DNA from: Antedon mediterranea
Taxonomy: Eukaryota; Animalia; Echinodermata
DNA length: 64,000 bases
NCBI RefSeq assembly: GCF_964355755.1
Contig: NC_092677.1
Coordinates: 20,854,101 to 20,918,100 of the forward strand
Direction of reading: 5' to 3'
This document shows, piece after piece, positions 12,001-27,000 of the stretch. The notes under the pieces were generated by a model. The model made no database searches and was not told the DNA's origin. It saw only the letters and a list, made by a program, of their open reading frames with translations. How positions within the stretch are numbered: position 1 is the first letter of the stretch; each line of letters opens with the position of its first letter. Made by a program: the position numbers and the translations under genes.

Positions 12001-15000
12001 TCGTGTTTTGAGACGTTTTAGACCATTTTGTAATTTTCGAAAAAACTTGTTAACATAAAAACACCAAAGTGCTCAGAATACCTTCACATCGCATTTTGAG
12101 ACGTTTTAGACCATTTTGTGATTTTCGAAAAAACTTGTTAACATAAAAACACCAAAGTGCTTAGAAAAGCTTGAAATCGCATTTGGAGACGTTTTAGACC
12201 ATTTTGTGCATTTCGATGAAACTTGGTTACACAAAAACATCAAAGTGCTTAAAATCACATTTTGAGCATTTCGTTAAAACTTTTCACACAAAAACATCAA
12301 AGAGTAAAAAATAGCTTAATATCGTATTTAAAAACGTTTTAGACCATTTTGAGCATTTCGACAAAATTTTTTCACACAAAACATCAAAGTGTACAGAATA
12401 GCTTTAAATCGCATTTGGAGACGTTTTAGACCATTTTGTTCATTTCGATGAAACAAAAACACAAAAACATCAAATTGCACAAAATGGCTTAATATGATAT
12501 GGGAAAACGTTTTAGACCATTTTGAACATTTCGTTAAAAGTTTTCACACAAAAACATCAAAGTCCACAAAATAGCTTAATATCGTATTTAAAAACGTTTT
12601 AGACCATTTTGAGCATTTCGAAAAAACTTTTTCACACAAAACATCAAAGTTTACAAAATAGCTTCAAATCGCATTTGGAGACGTTATAGACCATTTTGTG
12701 ATTTTCGAAAAAACTTGTTAACATAAAAACACCAAAGTGCTCAGAATACCTTCAAATCGCATTTTGAGACGTTTTAGACCATTTTGTGATTTTCGAAAAA
12801 ACTTGTTAACATAAAAACACCAAAGTGCTCAGAATCGTGTTTTGAGACGTTTTAGACCATTTTGTGATTTTCGAAAAAACTTGTTAACATAAAAACACCA
12901 AAGTGCTCAGAATACCTTCAAATCGTGTTTTGAGACGTTTTAGACCATTTTGTGATTTTGGAAAAACTTGTTAACATAAAAACACCAAAGTGCTCAGAAT
13001 ACCTTCAAATCGCATTTGGAGACGTTTTAGACCATTTTGTGATTTTCGAAAAAACTTGTTAACATAAAAACACCAAAGTGCTCAGAAAAGCTTCAAATCG
13101 CAATTGGAGACGTTTTAAACCATTTTGTTCATTTCGATGAAACTTGGTTACACAAAAACATCAAATTGCACAAAATGGCTTAATATGGTATGGGAAAACG
13201 TTTTAGACCATTTTGAACATTTCGAGAAAACTTTTTCACACAAAACTTCAAAGTGTACAGAATAGCTTCAAATCGCATTAGAAACCGTTTTAGACCATTT
13301 TGAGCATTTCGAAAAAACTTTTTCACACAAAACATCAAAGTTTACAAAATAGCTTCAAATCGCATTTGGAGACGTTTTAGACCATTTTGTGATTTTCGAA
13401 AAAACTTGTTAACATAAAAACACCAAAGTGCTCAGAATACCTTCAAATCGCATTTTGAGACGTTTTAGACCATTTTGTGATTTTCGAAAAAACTTGTTAA
13501 CATAAAAATACCAAAGTGCTCTGAATACCTTCAAATCGTGTTTTGAGACGTTTTAGACCATTTTGTGATTTTCGAAAAAACTTGTTAACATAAAAACACC
13601 AAAGTGCTCAGAATACCTTCAAATCGCATTTGGAGACGTTTTAGACCATTTTGTGATTTTCGAAAAAACTTGTTAACATAAAAACACCAAAGTGCTCAGA
13701 AAAGCTTCAAATCGCAATTGGAGACGTTTTAAACCATTTTGTTCATTTCGATGAAACTTGGTTACACAAAAACATCAAATTGCACAAAATGGCTTAATAT
13801 GGTATGGGAAAACGTTTTAGACAATTTTGAACATTTCGAGAAAACTTTTTCACACAAAACTTCAAAGTGTACAGAATAGCTTCAAATCGCATTAGAAACC
13901 GTTTTAGACCATTTTGAGCATTTCGAAAAAACTTTTTCACACAAAACATCAAAGTTTACAAAATAGCTTCAAATCGCATTTGGAGACGTTTTAGACCATT
14001 TTGTGATTTTCGAAAAAACTTGTTAACATAAAAACACCAAAGTGCTCAGAATACCTTCAAATCGCATTTTGAGACGTTTTAGACCATTTTGTGATTTTCG
14101 AAAAAACTTGTTAACATAAAAATACCAAAGTGCTCTGAATACCTTCAAATCGTGTTTGAGACGTTTTAGACCATTTTGTGATTTTCGAAAAAACTTGTTA
14201 ACATAAAAACACCAAAGTGCTCAGAATACCTTCAAATCGCATTTGGAGACGTTTTAGACCATTTTGTGATTTTCGAAAAAACTTGTTAACATAAAAACAC
14301 CAAAGTGCTCAGAAAAGCTTCAAATCGCATTTGGAGACGTTTTAAACCATTTTGTTCATTTCGATGAAACTTGGTTACACAAAAACATCAAAGAGCACAA
14401 AAGTATTTAAAAACGTTTTAGACCATTTTGAGCATTCCGACAAAACTTTTTCACACAAAACATCAAAGTGTACAGAATAGCTTTAAATCGCATTTGGAGA
14501 CGTTTTAGACCATTTTGTAGTTTTCGAAAAAACTTGTTAACATAAAAACACAAAAGAGCTTCAAATCGCATTTGGAGACGTTTTAGACCCTTTTGTGCAT
14601 TTCGATGAAACTTGGTTACACAAAAACATCAAAGTGCTTAAAATCACATTAGAAACCGTTTTAGACCATTTTGAGCATTTCGTTAAAACTTTTCACACAA
14701 AAACATCAAAGTCCCCAAAATAGCTTAATATCGTATTCAAAAACGTTTTAGACCATTTTGAGCATTTCGAAAAAACTTTTTCACACAAAACATCAAAGTT
14801 TACAAAATAGCTTCAAATCGCATTTGGAGACGTTTTAGACCATTTTGTGATTTTCGAAAAAACTTGTTAACATAAAAACACCAAAGTGCTCAGAATACCT
14901 TCAAATCGCATTTTGAGACGTTTTAGACCATTTTGTGATTTTCGAAAAAACAACATAAAAACACCAAAGTGCTCAGAATACCTTCAAATCGCATTTGGAG

Positions 15001-18000
15001 ACGTTTTAGACCATTTTGTGATTTTGGAAAAAACTTGTTAACATAAAAACACCAAAGTGCTCAGAATACCTTCAAATCGTATTTTGAGACGTTTTAGACA
15101 ATTTTGTGATTTTCGAAAAAACTTGTTAACATAAAAACACCAAAGTGCTTAGAAAAGCTTCAAATCGCATTTGGAGACGTTTTAGACCATTTTGTGCATT
15201 TCGATGAAACTTGGTTACACAAAAACATCAAAGTGTACAGAATAGCTTCAAATCGCATTAGAAACCGTTTTAGACCATTTTGAGCATTTCGAAAAAACTT
15301 TTTCACACAAAACATCAAAGTGTACAAAATAGCTTCAAATCGCATTTGGAGACGTTTTAGACAATTTTGTGATTTTCGAAAAAACTTGTTTACATAAAAA
15401 CACCAAAGTGCTAAGAATAGCTTCCAATCGCATTTGGAGACGTTTTAGACCCTTTTGTGCATTTCGATGAAACTTGGTTACACAAAAACATCAAAGTGCT
15501 TAAAATCACATTAGAAACCGTTTTAGACCATTTTGAGCATTTCGTTAAAATTTTTCACAGAAAAACATCAAAGAGCAAAAAATAGCTTAATATCGTATTT
15601 AAAAACGTTTTAGACCATTTTGAGCATTTCGACAAAACTTTTTCTCACAAAACATCAAAGTGTACAGAATAGCTTCAAATCGCATTTGGAGACGTTTTAG
15701 ACCATTTTGTGCATTTCGATGAAACTTGGTTACACAAAAACATCAAAGTGCTTAAAATCACATTTTGAGCATTTCGTTAAAACTTTTCACACAAAAACAT
15801 CAAAGAGTAAAAAATAGCTTAATATCGTATTTAAAAACGTTTTAGACCATTTTGAGCATTTCGACAAAATTTTTTCACACAAAACATCAAAGTGTACAGA
15901 ATAGCTTTAAATCGCATTTGGAGACGTTTTAGACCATTTTGTTAATTTCGATGAAACAAAAACACAAAAACATCAAATTGCACAAAATGGCTTAATATGA
16001 TATGGGAAAACGTTTTAGACCATTTTGAACATTTCGTTAAAAGTTTTCACACAAAAACATCAAAGTCCACAAAATAGCTTAATATCGTATTTAAAAACGT
16101 TTTAGACCATTTTGAGCATTTCGAAAAAACTTTTTCACACTAAACATCAAAGTTTACAAAATAGCTTCAAATCGCATTTGGAGACGTTTTAGACCATTTT
16201 GTGATTTTCGAAAAAACTTGTTAACATAAAAACACCAAAGTGCTCAGAATACCTTCAAATCGCATTTTGAGACGTTTTAGACCATTTTGTGATTTTCGAA
16301 AAAACTTGTTAACATAAAAACACCAAAGTGCTCAGAATACCTTCAAATCGTGTTTTGAGACGTTTTAGACCATTTTGTGATTTTCGAAAAAACTTGTTAA
16401 CATAAAAACACCAAAGTGCTCAGAATACCTTCAAATCGCATTTTGAGACGTTTTAGACCATTTTGTGATTTTCGAAAAAACTTGTTAACATAAAAACACC
16501 AAAGTGCTCAGAATACCTTCAAATCGTGTTTTGAGACGTTTTAGACCATTTTGTGATTTTCGAAAAAACTTGTTAACATAAAAACACCAAAGTGCTTAGA
16601 AAAGCTTCAAATCGCATTTGGAGACGTTTTAGACCATTTTGTTCATTTCGATGAAACTTGGTTACACAAAAACATCAAAGAGCACAAAAGATCTTAATAT
16701 CGTATTTAAAAACGTTTTAGACCATTTTGAGCATTTCGAAAAAACTTTTTCACACAAAACATCAAAGTGTACAAAATAGCTTCAAATCGCATTTTGAGAC
16801 GTTTTAGACAATTTTGTGATTTTCGAAAAAACTTGTTTACATAAAAACACCAAAGTGCTTAGAAAAGCTTCAAATCGCATTTGGAGACGTTTTCAACCAT
16901 TTTGTTCATTTCGATGAAACTTGGTTACACAAAAACATCAAAGAGCACAAAAGTATTTAAAAACGTTTTAGACCATTTTGAGCATTCCGTCAAAACTTTT
17001 TCACACAAAACATCAAAGTGTACAGAATAGCTTTAAATCGCATTTGGAGACGTTTTAGACCATTTTGTAGTTTTCGAAAAAACTTGTTAACATAAAAACA
17101 CAAAAGAGCTTCAAATCGCATTTGGAGACGTTTTAGACCCTTTTGTGCATTTCGATGAAACTTGGTTACACAAAAACATCAAAGTGCTTAAAATCACATT
17201 TTGAGCATTTCGTTAAAACTTTTCACACAAAAACATCAAAGAGTAAAAAATAGCTTAATATCGTATTTAAAAACGTTTTAGACCATTTTGAGCATTTCGA
17301 CAAAATTTTTTCACACAAAACATCAAAGTGTACAGAATAGCTTTAAATCGCATTTGGAGACGTTTTAGACCATTTTGTTAATTTCGATGAAACAAAAACA
17401 CAAAAACATCAAATTGCACAAAATGGCTTAATATGATATGGGAAAACGTTTTAGACCATTTTGAACATTTCGTTAAAAGTTTTCACACAAAAACATCAAA
17501 GTCCACAAAATAGCTTAATATCGTATTTAAAAACGTTTTAGACCATTTTGAGCATTTCAAAAAAACTTTTTCACACAAAACATCAAAGTTTACAAAATAG
17601 CTTCAAATCGCATTTGGAGACGTTTTAGACCATTTTGTGATTTTCGAAAAAACTTGTTAACATAAAAACACCAAAGTGCTCAGAAAAGCTTCAAATCGCA
17701 TTTGGAGACGTTTTAAACCATTTTGTTCATTTCGATGAAACTTGGTTACACAAAAACATCAAAGAGCACAAAAGTATTTAAAAACGTTTTAGACCATTTT
17801 GAGCATTCCGACAAAACTTTTTCACACAAAACATCAAAGTGTACAGAATAGCTTTAAATCGCATTTGGAGACGTTTTAGACCATTTTGTAGTTTTCGAAA
17901 AAACTTGTTAACATAAAAACACAAAAGAGCTTCAAATCGCATTTGGAGACGTTTTAGACCCTTTTGTGCATTTCGATGAAACTTGGTTACACAAAAACAT

Positions 18001-21000
18001 CAAAGTGCTTAAAATCACATTAGAAACCGTTTTAGACCATTTTGAGCATTTCGTTAAAACTTTTCACACAAAAACATCAAAGTCCACAAAATAGCTTAAT
18101 ATCGTATTCAAAAACGTTTTAGACCATTTTGAGCATTTCGAAAAAACTTTTTCACACAAAACATCAAAGTTTACAAAATAGCTTCAAATCGCATTTGGAG
18201 ACGTTTTAGACCATTTTGTGATTTTCGAAAAAACTTGTTAACATAAAAACACCAAAGTGCTCAGAATACCTTCAAATCGCATTTTGAGACGTTTTAGACC
18301 ATTTTGTGATTTTCGAAAAAACAACATAAAAACACCAAAGTGCTCAGAATACCTTCAAATCGCATTTGGAGACGTTTTAGACCATTTTGTGATTTTGGAA
18401 AAAACTTGTTAACATAAAAACACCAAAGTGCTTAGAAAAGCTTCAAATCGCATTTGGAGACGTTTTAGACCATTTTGTGCATTTCGATGAAACTTTGTTA
18501 CACAAAAACATCAAAGTGTACAGAATAGCTTCAAATCGCATTAGAAACCGTTTTAGACCATTTTGAGCATTTCGAAAAAACTTTTTCACACAAAACATCA
18601 AAGTGTACAAAATAGCTTCAAATCGCATTTGGAGACGTTTTAGACAATTTTGTGATTTTCGAAAAAACTTGTTTACATAAAAACACCAAAGTGCTAAGAA
18701 TAGCTTCCAATCGCATTTGGAGACGTTTTAGACCCTTTTGTGCATTTCGATGAAACTTGGTTACACAAAAACATCAAAGTGCTTAAAATCACATTAGAAA
18801 CCGTTTTAGACCATTTTGAGCATTTCGTTAAAATTTTTCACAGAAAAACATCAAAGAGCAAAAAATAGCTTAATATCGTATTTAAAAACGTTTTAGACCA
18901 TTTTGAGCATTTCGACAAAACTTTTTCTCACAAAACATCAAAGTGTACAGAATAGCTTCAAATCGCATTTGGAGACGTTTTAGACCATTTTGTGCATTTC
19001 GATGAAACTTGGTTACACAAAAACATCAAAGTGCTTAAAATCACATTTTGAGCATTTCGTTAAAACTTTTCACACAAAAACATCAAAGAGTAAAAAATAG
19101 CTTAATATCGTATTTAAAAACGTTTTAGACCATTTTGAGCATTTCGACAAAATTTTTTCACACAAAACATCAAAGTGTACAGAATAGCTTTAAATCGCAT
19201 TTGGAGACGTTTTAGACCATTTTGTTAATTTCGATGAAACAAAAACACAAAAACATCAAATTGCACAAAATGGCTTAATATGATATGGGAAAACGTTTTA
19301 GACCATTTTGAACATTTCGTTAAAAGTTTTCACACAAAAACATCAAAGTCCACAAAATAGCTTAATATCGTATTTAAAAACGTTTTAGACCATTTTGAGC
19401 ATTTCGAAAAAACTTTTTCACACTAAACATCAAAGTTTACAAAATAGCTTCAAATCGCATTTGGAGACGTTTTAGACCATTTTGTGATTTTCGAAAAAAC
19501 TTGTTAACATAAAAACACCAAAGTGCTCAGAATACCTTCAAATCGCATTTTGAGACGTTTTAGACCATTTTGTGATTTTCGAAAAAACTTGTTAACATAA
19601 AAACACCAAAGTGCTCAGAATACCTTCAAATCGTGTTTTGAGACGTTTTAGACCATTTTGTGATTTTCGAAAAAACTTGTTAACATAAAAACACCAAAGT
19701 GCTCAGAATACCTTCAAATCGCATTTTGAGACGTTTTAGACCATTTTGTGATTTTCGAAAAAACTTGTTAACATAAAAACACCAAAGTGCTCAGAATACC
19801 TTCAAATCGTGTTTTGAGACGTTTTAGACCATTTTGTGATTTTCGAAAAAACTTGTTAACATAAAAACACCAAAGTGCTTAGAAAAGCTTCAAATCGCAT
19901 TTGGAGACGTTTTAGACCATTTTGTTCATTTCGATGAAACTTGGTTACACAAAAACATCAAAGAGCACAAAAGATCTTAATATCGTATTTAAAAACGTTT
20001 TAGACCATTTTGAGCATTTCGAAAAAACTTTTTCACACAAAACATCAAAGTGTACAAAATAGCTTCAAATCGCATTTTGAGACGTTTTAGACAATTTTGT
20101 GATTTTCGAAAAAACTTGTTTACATAAAAACACCAAAGTGCTTAGAAAAGCTTCAAATCGCATTTGGAGACGTTTTAAACCATTTTGTTCATTTCGATGA
20201 AACTTGGTTACACAAAAACATCAAAGAGCACAAAAGTATTTAAAAACGTTTTAGACCATTTTGAGCATTCCGTCAAAACTTTTTCACACAAAACATCAAA
20301 GTGTACAGAATAGCTTTAAATCGCATTTGGAGACGTTTTAGACCATTTTGTAGTTTTCGAAAAAACTTGTTAACATAAAAACACAAAAGAGCTTCAAATC
20401 GCATTTGGAGACGTTTTAGACTTTTTTGTGCATTTCGATGAAACTTGGTTACACAAAAACATCAAAGTGCTTAAAATCACATTTTGAGCATTTCGTTAAA
20501 ACTTTTCACACAAAAACATCAAAGTCCACAAAATAGCTTAATATCGTATTTAAAAACGTTTTAGACCATTTTGAGCATTTCGAAAAAACTTTTCCACACA
20601 AAACATCAAAGTTTACAAAATAGCTTCAAATCGCATTTGGAGACGTTTTAGACCATTTTGTGATTTTCGAAAAAACTTGATAACATAAAAACACCAAAGT
20701 GCTCAGAATACCTTCAAATCGTGTTTTGAGACGTTTTAGACCATTTTGTAATTTTCGAAAAAACTTGTTAACATAAAAACACCAAAGTGCTCAGAATACC
20801 TTCACATCGCATTTTGAGACGTTTTAGACCATTTTGTGATTTTCGAAAAAACTTGTTAACATAAAAACACCAAAGTGCTTAGAAAAGCTTGAAATCGCAT
20901 TTGGAGACGTTTTAGACCATTTTGTTCATTTCGATGAAACAAAAACACAAAAACATCAAATTGCACAAAATGGCTTAATATGATATGGGAAAACGTTTTA

Positions 21001-24000
21001 GACCATTTTGAACATTTCGTTAAAAGTTTTCACACAAAAACATCAAAGTCCACAAAATAGCTTAATATCGTATTTAAAAACGTTTTAGACCATTTTGAGC
21101 ATTTCGAAAAAACTTTTTCACACAAAACATCAAAGTTTACAAAATAGCTTCAAATCGCATTTGGAGACGTTATAGACCATTTTGTGATTTTCGAAAAAAC
21201 TTGTTAACATAAAAACACCAAAGTGCTCAGAATACCTTCAAATCGCATTTTGAGACGTTTTAGACCATTTTGTGATTTTCGAAAAAACTTGTTAACATAA
21301 AAACACCAAAGTGCTCAGAATCGTGTTTTGAGACGTTTTAGACCATTTTGTGATTTTCGAAAAAACTTGTTAACATTAAAACACCAAAGTGCTCAGAATA
21401 CCTTCAAATCGCATTTTGAGACGTTTTAGACCATTTTGTGATTTTCGAAAAAACTTGTTAACATAAAACACCAAAGTGCTCAGAATACCTTCAAATCGTG
21501 TTTTGAGACGTTTTAGACCATTTTGTGATTTTCGAAAAAACTTGTTAACATAAAAACACCAAAGTGCTCAGAATACCTTCAAATCGCATTTTGAGACGTT
21601 TTAGACCATTTTGTGATTTTCGAAAAAACTTGTTAACATAAAAACACCAAAGTGCTCAGAATACCTTCAAATCGTGTTTTGAGACGTTTTAGACCATTTT
21701 GTGATTTTCGAAAAAACTTGTTAACATAAAAACACCAAAGTGCTTAGAAAAGCTTCAAATCGCATTTGGAGACGTTTTAGACCATTTTGTTCATTTCGAT
21801 GAAACTTGGTTACACAAAAACATCAAAGAGCACAAAAGATCTTAATATCGTATTTAAAAACGTTTTAGACCATTTTGAGCATTTCGAAAAAACTTTTTCA
21901 CACAAAACATCAAAGTGTACAAAATAGCTTCAAATCGCATTTTGAGACGTTTTAGACCATTTTGTGATTTTCGAAAAAACTTGTTAACATAAAAACACCA
22001 AAGTGCTCAGAATACCTTCAAATCGCATTTGGAGACGTTTTAGACCATTTTGTGATTTTCGAAAAAACTTGTTAACATAAAAACACCAAAGTGCTCAGAA
22101 AAGCTTCAAATCGCATTTGGAGACGTTTTAAACCATTTTGTTCATTTCGATGAAACTTGGTTACACAAAAACATCAAAGAGCACAAAAGTATTTAAAAAC
22201 GTTTTAGACCATTTTGAGCATTCCGACAAAACTTTTTCACACAAAACATCAAAGTGTACAGAATAGCTTTAAATCGCATTTGGAGACGTTTTAGACCATT
22301 TTGTAGTTTTCGAAAAAACTTGTTAACATAAAAACACAAAAGAGCTTCAAATCGCATTTGGAGACGTTTTAGACCCTTTTGTGCATTTCGATGAAACTTG
22401 GTTACACAAAAACATCAAAGTGCTTAAAATCACATTAGAAACCGTTTTAGACCATTTTGAGCATTTCGTTAAAACTTTTCACACAAAAACATCAAAGTCC
22501 CCAAAATAGCTTAATATCGTATTCAAAAACGTTTTAGACCATTTTGAGCATTTCGAAAAAACTTTTTCACACAAAACATCAAAGTTTACAAAATAGCTTC
22601 AAATCGCATTTGGAGACGTTTTAGACCATTTTGTGATTTTCGAAAAAACTTGTTAACATAAAAACACCAAAGTGCTCAGAATACCTTCAAATCGCATTTT
22701 GAGACGTTTTAGACCATTTTGTGATTTTCGAAAAAACAACATAAAAACACCAAAGTGCTCAGAATACCTTCAAATCGCATTTGGAGACGTTTTAGACCAT
22801 TTTGTGATTTTGGAAAAAACTTGTTAACATAAAAACACCAAAGTGCTCAGAATACCTTCAAATCGTATTTTGAGACGTTTTAGACAATTTTGTGATTTTC
22901 GAAAAAACTTGTTAACATAAAAACACCAAAGTGCTTAGAAAAGCTTCAAATCGCATTTGGAGACGTTTTAGACCATTTTGTGCATTTCGATGAAACTTGG
23001 TTACACAAAAACATCAAAGTGTACAGAATAGCTTCAAATCGCATTAGAAACCGTTTTAGACCATTTTGAGCATTTCGAAAAAACTTTTTCACACAAAACA
23101 TCAAAGTGTACAAAATAGCTTCAAATCGCATTTGGAGACGTTTTAGACAATTTTGTGATTTTCGAAAAAACTTGTTTACATAAAAACACCAAAGTGCTAA
23201 GAATAGCTTCCAATCGCATTTGGAGACGTTTTAGACCCTTTTGTGCATTTCGATGAAACTTGGTTACACAAAAACATCAAAGTGCTTAAAATCACATTAG
23301 AAACCGTTTTAGACCATTTTGAGCATTTCGTTAAAATTTTTCACAGAAAAACATCAAAGAGCAAAAAATAGCTTAATATCGTATTTAAAAACGTTTTAGA
23401 CCATTTTGAGCATTTCGACAAAACTTTTTCTCACAAAACATCAAAGTGTACAGAATAGCTTCAAATCGCATTTGGAGACGTTTTAGACCATTTTGTGCAT
23501 TTCGATGAAACTTGGTTACACAAAAACATCAAAGTGCTTAAAATCACATTTTGAGCATTTCGTTAAAACTTTTCACACAAAAACATCAAAGAGTAAAAAA
23601 TAGCTTAATATCGTATTTAAAAACGTTTTAGACCATTTTGAGCATTTCGACAAAATTTTTTCACACAAAACATCAAAGTGTACAGAATAGCTTTAAATCG
23701 CATTTGGAGACGTTTTAGACCATTTTGTTAATTTCGATGAAACAAAAACACAAAAACATCAAATTGCACAAAATGGCTTAATATGATATGGGAAAACGTT
23801 TTAGACCATTTTGAACATTTCGTTAAAAGTTTTCACACAAAAACATCAAAGTCCACAAAATAGCTTAATATCGTATTTAAAAACGTTTTAGACCATTTTG
23901 AGCATTTCGAAAAAACTTTTTCACACTAAACATCAAAGTTTACAAAATAGCTTCAAATCGCATTTGGAGACGTTTTAGACCATTTTGTGATTTTCGAAAA

Positions 24001-27000
24001 AACTTGTTAACATAAAAACACCAAAGTGCTCAGAATACCTTCAAATCGCATTTTGAGACGTTTTAGACCATTTTGTGATTTTCGAAAAAACTTGTTAACA
24101 TAAAAACACCAAAGTGCTCAGAATACCTTCAAATCGTGTTTTGAGACGTTTTAGACCATTTTGTGATTTTCGAAAAAACTTGTTAACATAAAAACACCAA
24201 AGTGCTCAGAATACCTTCAAATCGCATTTTGAGACGTTTTAGACCATTTTGTGATTTTCGAAAAAACTTGTTAACATAAAAACACCAAAGTGCTCAGAAT
24301 ACCTTCAAATCGTGTTTTGAGACGTTTTAGACCATTTTGTGATTTTCGAAAAAACTTGTTAACATAAAAACACCAAAGTGCTTAGAAAAGCTTCAAATCG
24401 CATTTGGAGACGTTTTAGACCATTTTGTTCATTTCGATGAAACTTGGTTACACAAAAACATCAAAGAGCACAAAAGATCTTAATATCGTATTTAAAAACG
24501 TTTTAGACCATTTTGAGCATTTCGAAAAAACTTTTTCACACAAAACATCAAAGTGTACAAAATAGCTTCAAATCGCATTTTGAGACGTTTTAGACAATTT
24601 TGTGATTTTCGAAAAAACTTGTTTACATAAAAACACCAAAGTGCTTAGAAAAGCTTCAAATCGCATTTGGAGACGTTTTAAACCATTTTGTTCATTTCGA
24701 TGAAACTTGGTTACACAAAAACATCAAAGAGCACAAAAGTATTTAAAAACGTTTTAGACCATTTTGAGCATTCCGTCAAAACTTTTTCACACAAAACATC
24801 AAAGTGTACAGAATAGCTTTAAATCGCATTTGGAGACGTTTTAGACCATTTTGTAGTTTTCGAAAAAACTTGTTAACATAAAAACACAAAAGAGCTTCAA
24901 ATCGCATTTGGAGACGTTTTAGACTTTTTTGTGCATTTCGATGAAACTTGGTTACACAAAAACATCAAAGTGCTTAAAATCACATTTTGAGCATTTCGTT
25001 AAAACTTTTCACACAAAAACATCAAAGTCCACAAAATAGCTTAATATCGTATTTAAAAACGTTTTAGACCATTTTGAGCATTTCGAAAAAACTTTTCCAC
25101 ACAAAACATCAAAGTTTACAAAATAGCTTCAAATCGCATTTGGAGACGTTTTAGACCATTTTGTGATTTTCGAAAAAACTTGATAACATAAAAACACCAA
25201 AGTGCTCAGAATACCTTCAAATCGTGTTTTGAGACGTTTTAGACCATTTTGTAATTTTCGAAAAAACTTGTTAACATAAAAACACCAAAGTGCTCAGAAT
25301 ACCTTCACATCGCATTTTGAGACGTTTTAGACCATTTTGTGATTTTCGAAAAAACTTGTTAACATAAAAACACCAAAGTGCTTAGAAAAGCTTGAAATCG
25401 CATTTGGAGACGTTTTAGACCATTTTGTTCATTTCGATGAAACAAAAACACAAAAACATCAAATTGCACAAAATGGCTTAATATGATATGGGAAAACGTT
25501 TTAGACCATTTTGAACATTTCGTTAAAAGTTTTCACACAAAAACATCAAAGTCCACAAAATAGCTTAATATCGTATTTAAAAACGTTTTAGACCATTTTG
25601 AGCATTTCGAAAAAACTTTTTCACACAAAACATCAAAGTTTACAAAATAGCTTCAAATCGCATTTGGAGACGTTATAGACCATTTTGTGATTTTCGAAAA
25701 AACTTGTTAACATAAAAACACCAAAGTGCTCAGAATACCTTCAAATCGCATTTTGAGACGTTTTAGACCATTTTGTGATTTTCGAAAAAACTTGTTAACA
25801 TAAAAACACCAAAGTGCTCAGAATCGTGTTTTGAGACGTTTTAGACCATTTTGTGATTTTCGAAAAAACTTGTTAACATTAAAACACCAAAGTGCTCAGA
25901 ATACCTTCAAATCGCATTTTGAGACGTTTTAGACAATTTTGTGATTTTCGAAAAAACTTGTTAACATAAAAACACCAAAGTGCTCAGAATACCTTCAAAT
26001 CGTGTTTTGAGACGTTTTAGACCATTTTGTGATTTTCGAAAAAACTTGTTAACATAAAAACACCAAAGTGCTCAGAATACCTTCAAATCGCATTTTGAGA
26101 CGTTTTAGACCATTTTGTGATTTTCGAAAAAACTTGTTAACATAAAAACACCAAAGTGCTCAGAATACCTTCAAATCGTGTTTTGAGACGTTTTAGACCA
26201 TTTTGTGATTTTCGAAAAAACTTGTTAACATAAAAACACCAAAGTGCTTAGAAAAGCTTCAAATCGCATTTGGAGACGTTTTAGACCATTTTGTTCATTT
26301 CGATGAAACTTGGTTACACAAAAACATCAAAGAGCACAAAAGATCTTAATATCGTATTTAAAAACGTTTTAGACCATTTTGAGCATTTCGAAAAAACTTT
26401 TTCACACAAAACATCAAAGTGTACAAAATAGCTTCAAATCGCATTTTGAGACGTTTTAGACAATTTTGTGATTTTCGAAAAAACTTGTTTACATAAAAAC
26501 ACCAAAGTGCTTAGAAAAGCTTCAAATCGCATTTGGAGACGTTTTAAACCATTTTGTTCATTTCGATGAAACTTGGTTACACAAAAACATCAAAGAGCAC
26601 AAAAGTATTTAAAAACGTTTTAGACCATTTTGAGCATTCCGTCAAAACTTTTTCACACAAAACATCAAAGTGTACAGAATAGCTTTAAATCGCATTTGGA
26701 GACGTTTTAGACCATTTTGTAGTTTTCGAAAAAACTTGTTAACATAAAAACACAAAAGAGCTTCAAATCGCATTTGGAGACGTTTTAGACCCTTTTGTGC
26801 ATTTCGATGAAACTTGGTTACACAAAAACATCAAAGTGCTTAAAATCACATTTTGAGCATTTCGTTAAAACTTTTCACACAAAAACATCAAAGAGTAAAA
26901 AATAGCTTAATATCGTATTTAAAAACGTTTTAGACCATTTTGAGCATTTCGACAAAATTTTTTCACACAAAACATCAAAGTGTACAGAATAGCTTTAAAT

